DNA of 64,000 bases from a virus (taxonomy: Duplodnaviria; Caudoviricetes): positions 1 to 64,000 of IMG/VR virus record IMGVR_UViG_3300037067_015211; one strand, written 5' to 3'. The position numbers were made by a program, and so were the translations under genes. This document shows, one piece after another, positions 39,036 through 50,883 of the stretch. A model generated the notes under the pieces. The model made no database searches, was not told the DNA's origin, and saw only the letters and a program-made list of their open reading frames with translations. Within the stretch, counting starts at the first letter, position 1, and every line of letters begins with the position of its first letter.

Positions 39036-42000
39036 ATGAAACTTACAATGAAGCAGAAGAATCAAATAGCAATTCGAATTATTGCCGATACGATACGGCG
39101 ATATTATTTTAAGCCGGTTACTTATAAACAAATTGTCAAATTTTGTGATAAGGGTGGATTTACTTTCCGTAAGTTCGTAAAACTTTTGGGCATGGACAAG
39201 AAAATTGACATGAAAAAGTTGGAAAGGGAAGCTTGGGATGCGATAAACATATTGTCTATTGCGGGGGCGAGCAGGAAAGACATGATACAAATAATTGATC
39301 TAGTTATGGAAAAAGGCAAGTATTATCCTTGACAAACGGCTTTTTATGCATAGACTATGAATAGCTGAAGGGAGAACAATAGATGATTTTAAAGTATTGT
39401 GACAAATTCAAGCACGAGGCCAACGGAGAGACATATTGGCAAGGTGATGGGACGATGGAATATGAGACTGCGTTGGAGTTCATGGCGCACACGGCATTTG
39501 GTTTTTGTGGTTGTGGGGAGCCAGAAAAAACCCTGCCGGTTATAAAAAACTATTTTAACATGTTATACCAATGGGAAAGCCGCTTGGAAAACAACAAGAA
39601 AAAGAAAATTACTTGGGATGATATTGTAAAGGAATGTTTTTCTGGCCGAGATGATTTAGCGTATATTACGGCGTATGCCTTGCATAATGCGCACCTAACA
39701 ACTCATGGTGGAAGTGTCAATTACTCTTGGCTAACGGATCTGGGGCAGGATATTTTGCATGATCTGAATGCTTTGATGGGCAAGGAACAATAAGATGTCG
39801 GCAGATAAGCTTCAAAAACAAATAGTTATTCACGAAAAAGCCCTGTCGATATTGAAAAGACAAAACTCCTCATCTATATGGCCCGTTAAAGTTATTGGCA
39901 CCAACTTTAAACATAATTTTGAATGGGATGATAGAAGCAAGTGGACCCACGTAATTATAAAGGGTGATGTGGACGGATCGGACTGTGACGTTTATTATTC
40001 GCCTACTTTTGATTTCTTTGTTGCGTGTAAAGATAATTGTTACGAAAAGATTGAAAATGATAAAGCGGGTCAAATGTGGCTTTCATTAAATGAAAATCAA
40101 CCGGACAGTAAGCCGCCGCAGTTGTTATTGGATAAGACCTTTTTAGGAGAATTAATTAAAAAGGCAAACTCCACACCAATATCAAAGGCGATGTCGGTCA
40201 TGCTATCGGTTATGTCTTCCGTATCATTGGTAATCGCCCCAAGATTAGCCATAACCGGTGTGGTCGCCATTCCTCTTTATATTTGGGTTCACCATATTGT
40301 TGCCTATATAGCGGCAGGACTTATTTTCATTGTGTCCTTTAAAAATTTTGATGATTGAAAGATAATAATTATGTTAAATTGGCGACATGTGTGTAATGAT
40401 GATAATCCAATTGCACATCTTGGAGAATATGACGCTTACATTGAGGATTAAAAACAATGAATAAGAACAAACTAATTTGGACCAAGAAAGATCGGCTTTT
40501 TGAGACTGTATATACTTTGTATGTTGGTCGTGCTCAATGTGATGTGATAATTTCTAAAGATGGTTTTATTTCTTGGAGAGTTTATTTGCCACTGTCGCTT
40601 AATAATTATTATATAGGCAATTACGCCAATAGTGTAAAACAGGCTAAGCGCAATGCTATTAGTAGGCTTAAGCATGAATGCAAACATTTTGTAAATATTT
40701 CCAGTGAAATCTTGGATAGGATTGGTTAGGGGCATAACATGACTTTTCATATCGAATGGTTTGATGTTGCAAAATTAATTGCCTTTGCCATTGGCGTTAC
40801 AATGGGAAGTTTTATTTTTCGTTGTGTGAAGGATTTTTTTAGAGGAGATGGTTTATGAAAGCACATAAATTTGTTATTGGTGGATCTAGCTCGGATACTG
40901 TTACAGTATTTTGTGAGCATTGTGGGATAGTGGCACCAAATTGTGTGTTAATGAGGCAAATGACAATGGCCGAAATTGACAGGGAAAGGGCGAGAATTAA
41001 TTCAGGTTGTCCGCTTGCTCCGGAATCTACTAATGATGGAGATGGGGACAAAATGGCCAGTGAAAGAATATCTCGTAAAGAAGCCCTTGAAATTTCTCGC
41101 AAAATTTTGCTTGATGCTGAAAGAAAAAGATATGGGATTGTAATACAAGAAGCTGAGGAAGATGAGGGCGATAAAATTATTGCTGATGCATCTGCGATTA
41201 TTATGGAAAATGGCGATATTGACGGCGTACACCATAAGACTTGGGTGATAGACCGAGTTCTTCGTAAATTATTGGGGGAAGATAAATACAATAAATTTGT
41301 TGCGAGTTGCAATGGCAATTGGGATGAGGGGATAGCACCGTGAAATATCTTTCCGAATGCACGAAAAAGGGATTTCCCTGTGGGTTTATGACGCCAGAAG
41401 GCAAATGTTCTGACGATGAAGGAGTTTGCTTAGGCGATTTTAATGTGTTTACAAAAAGGCAGTTTGTGTGTTGTAGTGACTTTGTAATGTTTCATCTACA
41501 TGATGGACGCAGAGTTTATGTTATGCCAAACAATATTTGCGGCATTACGGAAGCCCCAGAAGCAGGATGTTATATTGGTACGGGTGAGGGGAAGGACAAG
41601 TGGTATGAGATAAGGGAATCGGTCGAAGACGTGATAAAGACAATTAACGATTACATAAATAGATATGTGGATGATTATGAAATCTAATTGGAGAGTGTCA
41701 TGAAAGATAGACATAGGTGTAACGCCATAAATAAAGATGGAACGCGCTGTAAAAGGCGCGGGATGTGGACAATCCCAAATTGTTATCTCTATAAAGACAA
41801 AAGATTTTATGGGCGGGAAATCCATCTTTGCATGACCCACTATTTAAAATATCACAGGAACAAATATTTGAAGCTATCTCCGTGTGGATATTTACAACCG
41901 TACAATCAATACAAGTATGGCACTGCCGTATATAGCAGGATAATTAACTGGGATAAAAAACCTAAAGTGGTAAAGACAAGCAAATATTGGATAAACCGAG

Positions 42001-42940
42001 AGTTGGAGAGTATTGTATGAATTTTCTGATGGCGGTAGAAAAGGTTGCCGAAGAGACACATAAAATAGGCTGGCCTGAACAATTGTGTTTTTTGTTTGTA
42101 TATTTTCTTTTGGTGCCTATGTTGTATACTTGACAAGAAAAGATTAACAAATGATACTAAACAAACTATATGAACGGGGCTTGATAAACTGTCCCAATGG
42201 GTTATTAAATTTAAAAAAGTTAAAAAAAGGCTATTGACAAACACTGAATCGTCCATATGATATAAGCGTGTATTCTTTTTAAAAGAAAGGTGTATATGCC
42301 GACGAAGAAGAAACAGCATTTGAAGATCGAGATCATTGAAGCGAAAGGATACACCAAGAAGGTATTGGTTCGTGTTGTTTCCCAGTCTCATAGGGGCAAA
42401 GAGTTTGGAGAGAATGGAAGTGATGAGTTTATTTCTTCACAAAACTTTAAGCTACGCTCTGAAAATTGCCCAGAATATTATGGGGAAGGTTGTTATTCTT
42501 TGTGTGTAAGGGGAATTAAACATAGTTATGATAACGATGTTGTTCTTTTTCCAAAAGAAAAATTGCCACTTTTAAATCAAGCAATAGAGGAATACAACAA
42601 ACATTTTGCACAAAGCGAAAGGAATAACAAAATGCAGAAGCAAGATAATTTTAGCGCACTTTGCAAAAGCCTTGACACATGGTATTCCCTTGTTCAATCA
42701 AGATCAGCCTTTGGCCCTCTAGTTAGCAAACAATATGTGACAGGTGTAGTAATAAATGATTTTACTGACGAAGAATACAGGCTTGTACAAAACGCAATCT
42801 TCAATCTTTCCCCACAAATCATTGTAGAGGCGGCAAAAATTCTTGCAGAGGAATTTGAGCAACACAAGAAGGAATGGGAAGAAGAAAAAAATGATTTGCT
42901 TTATATTATTGACAAGTTGAAAAACATATCGGAAAAATAA
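39036..42940 (+). other. Run of hypothetical genes (39036-39332, 39383-39793, 39795-40358, 40457-40729, 40855-41343, 41340-41687, 41700-42020, 42296-42940)
   Basis: Consecutive + ORFs with RBS; promoters at 39329 and about 42235. Confidence 0.55.
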
Positions 42941-42941
42941 C

Positions 42942-43796
42942 ATGAATATTCAAACATGTTCTATTGTAGTTGGTACAACCGCATGTAATGCCAAATGTCC
43001 GTTTTGTGTGTCAAAGATGACCAATAATGGTTGTGTTGTTTCCGACGAAACCATTAATGTTAGAAACTTCAAAAAGACTTGTATCTTGATGGACAAGGTT
43101 GGAGTTACTACTGTTTTACTCACCGGGCGCGGGGAACCCACTCTATACCCGATGCAAATTACTTCATATTTGGAAATGCTTGACAATAGAGTGCCTTTTA
43201 TTGAGTTACAAACAAATGGTTTGCTCTTGGAAAAGCTAAATGATAGTATTAGGAAATGGCATGAACTTGGGCTGAATACTATATGTTTATCGGTCGTATC
43301 TCACAACAGACAGGACAATATTAATATTTATGGTGGTGACCACTACGATTTGTTTGATATGATCCATTATCTACATTCTTTGGGGTTTATGGTTAGATTG
43401 TCGGTTATGCTGATAGACGGCATTATCGACTCAATGGATAAATTTTTGGACTTGGTTGAATTTTGCAAAATGGGCAAAGTAGATCAATTAACTGTTAGGC
43501 CAATTACAGTTCCTTTTGAAAAGACAAAAGAGAATAAGGATATATATGCTTGGACGGTAGATCATGGTGTATCTTGTCTGTTTCTTGACGACCTTAAGGA
43601 CTATCTAAATGAAAATGCCGTCAAATTATTGTCATTCGATTACGGCGCGGTCGTTTATGATTATGCGGGGCAAAATATTTGCTTGTCAAATTGTTTGACG
43701 GAGGGGAATGGAGATGGTAATATAAGGCAAATTATTTTTTACCCTGATGGGCGATTGATGTACAGTTGGCAATATGAAGGGGCGAGATTGTTGTAA
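42942..43796 (+). CDS. Radical SAM protein, function unknown
   Basis: CNAKCPFC [4Fe-4S] motif, LTGRGEPTL, ELQTNG. Confidence 0.85.
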   Translation: MNIQTCSIVVGTTACNAKCPFCVSKMTNNGCVVSDETINVRNFKKTCILMDKVGVTTVLLTGRGEPTLYPMQITSYLEMLDNRVPFIELQTNGLLLEKLNDSIRKWHELGLNTICLSVVSHNRQDNINIYGGDHYDLFDMIHYLHSLGFMVRLSVMLIDGIIDSMDKFLDLVEFCKMGKVDQLTVRPITVPFEKTKENKDIYAWTVDHGVSCLFLDDLKDYLNENAVKLLSFDYGAVVYDYAGQNICLSNCLTEGNGDGNIRQIIFYPDGRLMYSWQYEGARLL

Positions 43797-43835
43797 AATT
43801 TGCTTGACAATAGTTATTTTGTGCATAGACTTCTT

Positions 43836-44180
43836 ATGAAAGGAAAAATTATTATGAAAAAATGGACTAAATTGGGCGGCGGAGACATCTCCCTAGAATA
43901 CAATGAAGGTGTTGTTAAGATTCTTGTGACCAAAAACAAGATTAAATTGACAAAGCCATCCGGCAGATACCATGTTTATGATATTTATGTGTTTGGGAGA
44001 AGCATGGGCGATGGTTATGCTACGACTCTAAAACGAGCACAGGAGAAGGCCATAAAGGCCGCCGGAGAGGCTCTGCTGACTATGGCCGATCAGATTAGAG
44101 AAACCTTGAATTATTTTCCACATGAAGCAAGCGAATATCCATTTCAGCTATATTGTTCCAAGTTTTGTAATCGGTCGTAA
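43836..44180 (+). CDS. Hypothetical protein leading the NAD operon
   Basis: Follows promoter TTGACA at 43804; start may be about 43854. Confidence 0.5.
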   Translation: MKGKIIMKKWTKLGGGDISLEYNEGVVKILVTKNKIKLTKPSGRYHVYDIYVFGRSMGDGYATTLKRAQEKAIKAAGEALLTMADQIRETLNYFPHEASEYPFQLYCSKFCNRS

Positions 44181-44192
44181 AGGAAAAAAATA

Positions 44193-45332
44193 ATGCAATC
44201 TCTTTTAGATAATGACCTTTACAAATTCAGTATGCAACAAGCAGTTTGGAAACTATATCCTGCTGCTCAGGTGCAATATCGATTTGTAAATAGGGGCAAT
44301 ACCGAATTCCCGCAAGGTTTCGCCCAACAGTTAAGAACACTCGTATATAATATGTCTTTAATCAAATTGTCGCCATTCGAATACGATTATTTGAAATCGC
44401 TTCCTTATTTTTCCGAAACATATTTGGAGTTTTTGAAAAATTTTACTTTAGATCAATCAAACGTGGATATTATTCAACCCAATAAAAATTTGCTTATTGT
44501 AATTAATGGCCCTTGGTATCAAACGATTCTTTGGGAAGTACCTTTGATGGCCGCGATCAGCGAATTATATTTTAACATGACGGGCCAACGAATAACCACA
44601 AAAGAAAAAGCCGATTATGAAAAAGCAGATGCTTTGTGCGATCATAGAATAAAATATGCAGACTTCGGAACTAGACGCAGATTTTCATTTGAAAACCATA
44701 AGAGAGTGGTAAACATTTTTAAGAATTATGAAAACTTTCTTGGCACTTCAAATGTTTTGCTGGCCATGCAGAACGACATTAAACCAATCGGTACTATGGC
44801 CCACGAATGGTACAGCTTTCATGCCGCCAAGTATGGCTACAAGCTGGCAAACAAAATTGCCCTAGATAAATGGGTAGAGATATATAACGGCCAGCTTGGC
44901 ATTGCCCTGCCTGATACGTTTACTACGGATGTTTTTCTAAGAACATTTGATTCCTATTATGCAAGATTGTTTGATGGTGTCAGACAAGATAGCGGAGATC
45001 CAATTGAGTTTGGCAATAAGATGATAAAGCACTATAATGAACTTGGGATTAATCCAAAGGAAAAGACAATTGTATTTTCCGATAATTTGAATGTTGACAA
45101 GTGTATTGAAATTAATGAACAGTTTAAGGACAAAGTAAAGGTTGTGTTTGGCATAGGCACTAACCTAACAAACGATGTTGGCGTAAAGCCCTTGAATATG
45201 GTTATTAAGCTATTTTATTGTGCAAATAAGGGTGGTGGTGATTTTTGTATCAAATTGAGCGATACACCCGGGAAACACACTGGGGACGAAGAAGAAATTA
45301 ATCTTTGTAAAAAAACTTTAAAAATTGCTTAA
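44193..45332 (+). CDS. pncB: Nicotinate phosphoribosyltransferase
   Basis: SLLDNDLYKFSMQQA, DFGTRRR, GTSNV, GTMAHEW (phospho-His), RQDSGDP, FGIGTNLTND, KLSD. Confidence 0.93.
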   Translation: MQSLLDNDLYKFSMQQAVWKLYPAAQVQYRFVNRGNTEFPQGFAQQLRTLVYNMSLIKLSPFEYDYLKSLPYFSETYLEFLKNFTLDQSNVDIIQPNKNLLIVINGPWYQTILWEVPLMAAISELYFNMTGQRITTKEKADYEKADALCDHRIKYADFGTRRRFSFENHKRVVNIFKNYENFLGTSNVLLAMQNDIKPIGTMAHEWYSFHAAKYGYKLANKIALDKWVEIYNGQLGIALPDTFTTDVFLRTFDSYYARLFDGVRQDSGDPIEFGNKMIKHYNELGINPKEKTIVFSDNLNVDKCIEINEQFKDKVKVVFGIGTNLTNDVGVKPLNMVIKLFYCANKGGGDFCIKLSDTPGKHTGDEEEINLCKKTLKIA

Positions 45333-45342
45333 GGAACGGCAA

Positions 45343-46086
45343 ATGAATTTTATCAATGAAGTTCAACATTGTAGCGATTGGATTAAACAAGTGGTAAACA
45401 ATGCCGGTAAACAAGGCGTTGTGATTGGTATTAGCGGCGGAATTGACTCTGCCGTATCCGCTTCTCTATGTGTTAATGCTTTAGGAAATGCAAATGTATT
45501 TGGTGCTATTATGCCGTGCTTTTCCAACCCTGATGATACGAGATGTGCTAAGGAGTTGATTGAGAAGCTAGGCATTGAGCATAGGGTTTATCCGCTAGGC
45601 GATGTGTGCAATGAGTTTGAGGCGGTTATGTGTGGGAAGAAAGAGGCCGACAAATATCATTTGGGAAACGCCAAGGCCAGAATGCGCATGATGACCTTAT
45701 ATTATCTCTCGGGTGTTAAGAATTACCTTGTGTGTGGGACGGAGAACAAAACTGAACATTGGCTAGGATATTGTACTAAATATGGGGATTCGGGCACTGA
45801 TTTTGAGCCTATTGTGGATTATTTCAAGCGAGAAGTATATGAACTGGGCAGATATTTGGGAGTACCCGATTGTATTCTCGATAGGAAGCCCTCAGCGGGG
45901 CTGTGGGAGGGCCAAACAGACGAGGGCGAGATTGGCGTCACGTATAAGGAAATCGACGAAATTTTGGCCTCTGGGGCTTGGCAGAACGATAGTTTAGTGG
46001 CAACCAATCCTGCTGTTGCAAAGGTGGCGGAATTGGTAAGGAAATCTGAGCATAAGAGACGGGATATCCCCCGTTATATTAGGTAA
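45343..46086 (+). CDS. nadE: NH3-dependent NAD+ synthetase
   Basis: GISGGIDS PP-loop, GNAKARMRM, GTENKTE, GYCTKYGD, PSAGLWEGQTDE, SEHKR. Confidence 0.95.
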   Translation: MNFINEVQHCSDWIKQVVNNAGKQGVVIGISGGIDSAVSASLCVNALGNANVFGAIMPCFSNPDDTRCAKELIEKLGIEHRVYPLGDVCNEFEAVMCGKKEADKYHLGNAKARMRMMTLYYLSGVKNYLVCGTENKTEHWLGYCTKYGDSGTDFEPIVDYFKREVYELGRYLGVPDCILDRKPSAGLWEGQTDEGEIGVTYKEIDEILASGAWQNDSLVATNPAVAKVAELVRKSEHKRRDIPRYIR

Positions 46087-46091
46087 TCATT

Positions 46092-46664
46092 ATGAAAACA
46101 GTTATCTTTGGCGGTGCATTTAACCCAGTCACAAAGGCCCATATCGCTACGGCTTCCGAAATAGCCGATAGACTGGAAGCATATATTTGGTTTATGCCAT
46201 GCGATTCCCATACCTTCAACAAGAAAATGGAAAGCTTCGAACATCGATACAACATGCTTTCTCTTGCGCTCCAAATTAATATGTCTATCTCTACTTTTGA
46301 GAAAGAAAACAAGATTGGTGGATGTACGTTTGATTTAATGACGGCATTGAAAGTGGAATACCCAGAACAAGACTTTTATTTTTTAATCGGCATGGACAAT
46401 GCAAACTGTTTGTCGAGATGGAAAAACTGGACTAACCTTGTAAAAGAGGTTAAATTCATAGTTATTCCCAGAAGGGGGACTATTCCACAAACTACTTGGT
46501 TTATGTCGGAACCACATATTTTCATGAAGGATGTTTTCATAGACGAAATGTCTTCCACCAATGCAAGGAATTCTTTGGCTAATGGCGAAAATCCTTGCAT
46601 GCTGGATGATAAGGTTTATGATTACATTATTGAACATGGGCTATACAAAGGAGATATCAAATGA
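46092..46664 (+). CDS. nadD: Nicotinate/nicotinamide-nucleotide adenylyltransferase
   Basis: GGAFNPVTKAH, FLIGMDN, WKNW, MSST..R, VYDYIIEHGLY. Confidence 0.9.
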   Translation: MKTVIFGGAFNPVTKAHIATASEIADRLEAYIWFMPCDSHTFNKKMESFEHRYNMLSLALQINMSISTFEKENKIGGCTFDLMTALKVEYPEQDFYFLIGMDNANCLSRWKNWTNLVKEVKFIVIPRRGTIPQTTWFMSEPHIFMKDVFIDEMSSTNARNSLANGENPCMLDDKVYDYIIEHGLYKGDIK

Positions 46665-47245
46665 ATGCACTGGTTATTGTGGACGTTCAGAATGATTTCT
46701 GTTCAGGCGGTAGTTTGGCTGTCCCTGAAGGCGAACAAGTTGTACCTATAATCAATAGTCTATTTGATAGGTTTGACTACGTTGTGGCCACACAGGATTG
46801 GCATCCCAAGGAACACAAATCATTTGCATCCAACAATGGGCGGCAACCATTTGAGATGGGCGAATTGAATGGCAAGCCGCAAATGATGTGGCCGGATCAT
46901 TGTGTACAAGGTACTAAGGGCGCGGATTTTCATCCTGATTTGGAGAGTGGGTTTCTTATCTTCCGCAAGGGCATGGTTCCCGATGTTGAAGAATACAGCG
47001 GATTTGCCAATACAAATATGGCCGATAGGCTGACTAAGAAGGGCATTAAAGAACTGTATGTTTGTGGGCTGGCCTTGGATTATTGTGTTTTGCAAACAGC
47101 ACTTGATGCAATTAAGTTTGGGTTTAAGGTAAATGTTATTCTGGATGCATGTAGAGCAGTTGATGTAAAGAGCATTGATGATGTCAGGAAGCAAATGGCT
47201 GATGCTGGGATTAATCTTATTTATAGCAAGGACTGTCGATTATGA
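46661..47245 (+). CDS. pncA: Nicotinamidase
   Basis: VDVQNDFC.GGSLAV, TQDWHP..H.SF, WPDHCVQGT.GA, RKG, GLALDYCV. Confidence 0.95.
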   Translation: MNALVIVDVQNDFCSGGSLAVPEGEQVVPIINSLFDRFDYVVATQDWHPKEHKSFASNNGRQPFEMGELNGKPQMMWPDHCVQGTKGADFHPDLESGFLIFRKGMVPDVEEYSGFANTNMADRLTKKGIKELYVCGLALDYCVLQTALDAIKFGFKVNVILDACRAVDVKSIDDVRKQMADAGINLIYSKDCRL

Positions 47246-48586
47246 ACAAAATTAAACCAATGGGCGAAGAGCAGGTCGCTGCAATATTGGATTTTATTGA
47301 GGCTAAACCAAAATCGGAAAATCCAATTGATGGAATGTTATTTGTGGCAAGACACTTAATGGATGCTAAAAGAGTTATTGAGGTGTTGCTGATTGAAGTT
47401 GGTAGATTGCGGCCCGAACTTAACATAGATATTGAAAAGCTATGGAGAAAATATGAAAACTAAAATTAAACCGTGGAATACGCCAAACTATGTGATGAAT
47501 AAAAATAGAGAGGTAAAGCTACATATTAGAGATGTGAATGTCGATACTTTGGAAGAACAATGCAAACAATTTGTGCAAGATGTTTATAAAAAGGCCGGTA
47601 GAGAATATTTGTTGCGTCATGATATACAAATAACATATTGAAAGGGTAAACATGGGATTTTATACATTTGAAAGCAAGGCTTCAAACGGCGATTACTGCT
47701 GGATACTCGAACCAACACTTCGTGAGGTAAAAACATGCTCTAGGTGTGGGCTTCGCAAAAAGATTAAGGGCTATAAACCAGTAAAGTATAAAATACAGGG
47801 ATTTGAAATTACAATTAAACAATGTGGACATAGAGCAGAAAAACAATTAAGGTATATCATAGGAGATCATCTTTATGTTAACGCCAACAATGCCTTTACT
47901 ACAAGAAAAATTGCCAGACTTGCCAAAAACAATCGTTTAAAGGCTAGATTTTTTACACAACAATTAAAAAAGTTTAGTTGTGGAATTAGCACTACTTATG
48001 AGTTGGGACAAAAAGTTTGGTATTGGGAACGCTTCAGAGATGCGTATACGTGTAAAGATTGTGGTGAACAATTAGAATATGATAATTGGAAATTAAAATC
48101 TTCAAGAATACGTGAAATTGTTGCTGTGTACGATCAAATAAATCAAGTGTTGCCTCGTTGTTATTATTGTGTTGGAGATGAAATGTATTTGCAAGAAGGT
48201 GAAATTTACACATCTAAAAAAAGAGCTATGAACTTTAAAAAAATCTTAAGGTGAATCCAATCATGCGAACAGACAATCATGGCAATAAAATAGAAATTAT
48301 CGACAAAAACACTCATTATGATGTGCCGGGAAAATTATTGTCTCTCTTGGAAGAAACAGCGTATAGCATGAGGGTTTACACGCTCTCTGAAGAGGGACAG
48401 GCAGACTTATGTAAACTAATTTATGAAACTATAAAAAATGCAAAATTTATCCGTGAAGAAGAAGAACAAAAAGTAATTGATATGAAAATTGACATTGATA
48501 TTAAAAATGCCATAATCGAATCTCTAAAGAAAGAATTGACTAGAGTAATGAGGGAATTAATTTCGCACGAAAGCCACAGATCATGA
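47242..48586 (+). other. Hypothetical genes (47242-47463, about 47453-47641, 47652-48254, 48251-48586)
   Basis: Abutting ORFs between pncA and thyX. Confidence 0.5.
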
Positions 48587-49230
48587 AAATAGCCGAACAA
48601 TCGGCGCAATTGATTTGGGTTACGCCAAACGCTGAAAAGGTTATTGAACGCGCTGGAAGAGTGGCGTACAAGAGCGAAGATAAAATTACGGATACTTCTC
48701 ATGTAGACTTTATCCGTAAAATCATAAAAGCCGGGCATGATGCCGTCATAGAACATGCTTGTGCGTCAATGCAATTTGTTTGTGACAGGGGCATCTCCCA
48801 TGAGATTGTGCGCCACAGAATCGCCAGCTACACACAAGAATCTAGCAGATTTTGTAACTATTCTAAAGATAAATTTGGTAATGAAATCACTGTAATTGTA
48901 CCGTCAGAATTTAACGGCGGCTATGCTATGATGTGGGCGGACGGAACAATAAGACACTTTAATTCAGACTGGTATCAGGCCACAAAGGGGGCCGAAAAGT
49001 CTTATATGAATCTACTAGCAAATGGATTTGCCCCTCAAATAGCCCGATCAGTTTTACCGACATGTCTAAAGACAGAGATTGTAATGACGACTAATTTTAG
49101 AGAGTGGAGACACTTTTTAAAGCTTCGGATAGCCCCTGATGCACATCCACAGATGCGGGAATTGGCTAGGATGGCGTTAGATATTTTGAAAAAAGAAGCA
49201 CCGATTGTTTTTGAAGATTTGGAGTCATAA
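48583..49230 (+). CDS. thyX: FAD-dependent thymidylate synthase
   Basis: GH..VIEH, SHEIVRHRIASYTQESSRF (RHRx7SxR), ARSVLP, NFREWRHFLKLR, AHPQMR. Confidence 0.95.
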   Translation: MKIAEQSAQLIWVTPNAEKVIERAGRVAYKSEDKITDTSHVDFIRKIIKAGHDAVIEHACASMQFVCDRGISHEIVRHRIASYTQESSRFCNYSKDKFGNEITVIVPSEFNGGYAMMWADGTIRHFNSDWYQATKGAEKSYMNLLANGFAPQIARSVLPTCLKTEIVMTTNFREWRHFLKLRIAPDAHPQMRELARMALDILKKEAPIVFEDLES

Positions 49231-49232
49231 TT

Positions 49233-50883
49233 ATGCCAGAAGAGTTAAAAATTGAAATTGGCCAAACAAAAGAAAAATACATCAAAGAATATATTTACGA
49301 CTACAAAATTGTTGATTGTTATATTGTGGGCAACAAAAAGTTTAGAAGCAAAGAGGATGCAGAACAGCACCTTAATTGGCTAAAAATACAAGAGGGTGAA
49401 AAATTTCTACAATCATTGCCGACAACAGAGATAATGGGCAACACATTTTATTTGATTAAAACAGAAAAAATATGGGAAAGGTTTAAAGAGATTAAAAATA
49501 CCACAAAAGAGATTACATTTGACTTTCCTTTCTTGGTGTCGTATTATTATTGTGATATATATGATGGTCCTCCAACACATGAATGGAACTTTATTACGCA
49601 AGATGATGTTAAAAAATTACAGGAGATTTTGAAAAATGGAAGCAACAGCTAGGTTTTTTATCCTTGGCCTTATATTTATTGCCTTGACAATATCTATGGC
49701 GAGTTCATTTAAATTACAAGTATTAGAAAAAGAACGCAATAACCTAAGACAAAAATGCGCCGCTCTTGAGGAAACCAATAGACAATACCGCAATGCATTT
49801 GAAACAGCGTATAAGATAGAACAAATGAAGGGTGGCAATAATTTAATGCTGGATATGGTTAAGGAAGGTCTTGAAAAATGATTAAGATCATCATCAATGG
49901 AAATGTGGCAATGGCTATCGAACCAAGGGAGGGCGGAGTTTATACGGGAGATTCAATCGTTGTTACAAGGACACATTCTGTTGACGAGAATAATGTGGCA
50001 AGGCTAGTAGAGGGGCTTCCAATACATCTTCAAGTCCACGTAGACAAAAAAGAGTATTATGGGCTGTCTTCAGTAGAAAAATTAATTGCACTCGTAAAAG
50101 ACATATTTTTAAACTATAACATTGATGAATGCGATGGGGAAAAAATAACAAACATCATCAAAGAAATCGAAGAAGCGCAAAATACCAAGGACAAACAATT
50201 TGCACAATACAAAAAGTTTGTTGAGGCGTTATGCGAAGAAGATGATGACCTAGACTTCTGGGCCTCCGAATATAAGCATGCTTTGGAAAAATTGTCCAAG
50301 ATAGAAGAATTGGAAAAGCGGTGTGAAGAACTTGAAAAACATATTCTTGCAAAATATCTCGATGATAAAAAAACACAAGATGAAAAGTAACATCGAACTA
50401 AAACTAAAAAAATATTGCAAACGAAAAAGAAAAGTTGACGTAAATGTTGCGGACGAACTGCATCAAATCATTTGCTCCAATTGGGATAAGATTGCAAAAT
50501 GTTTATGTGATAAAAGATTAAATGACGCGCTTGCCATCATTATGTTGCCGATCATGAACATTGCCGCCAAAAAATCCAAGATAGAGTCTGGTAAATTCAA
50601 TGATTTATATCAGAAAAACCATAGGATGGTACGGCAAGAGGCAAGGAAGATGTTGAGTAATTATTTGCCCCTGTCTCAGACAAGGTACATGAAATGCTAT
50701 GGCAATATCTGTCCAATATGTAAATCATCGTTTGTTTACACCTTTCAGGAGCAGATAGAAAACATTAAGCTGGCCGGTGGAGTGCTAGAAGTTCATTATG
50801 AGTGTGATGAGTGTGGGGCGGAATGGGCAGAGGCATACAAGCTAAGTGGCTATCATATTAAAGAACAAGAGCAATCTCGTTAG
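49233..50883 (+). other. Hypothetical genes (49233-49652, 49636-49881, 49878-50390, about 50380-50883)
   Basis: Overlapping start/stop arrangement. Confidence 0.5.
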
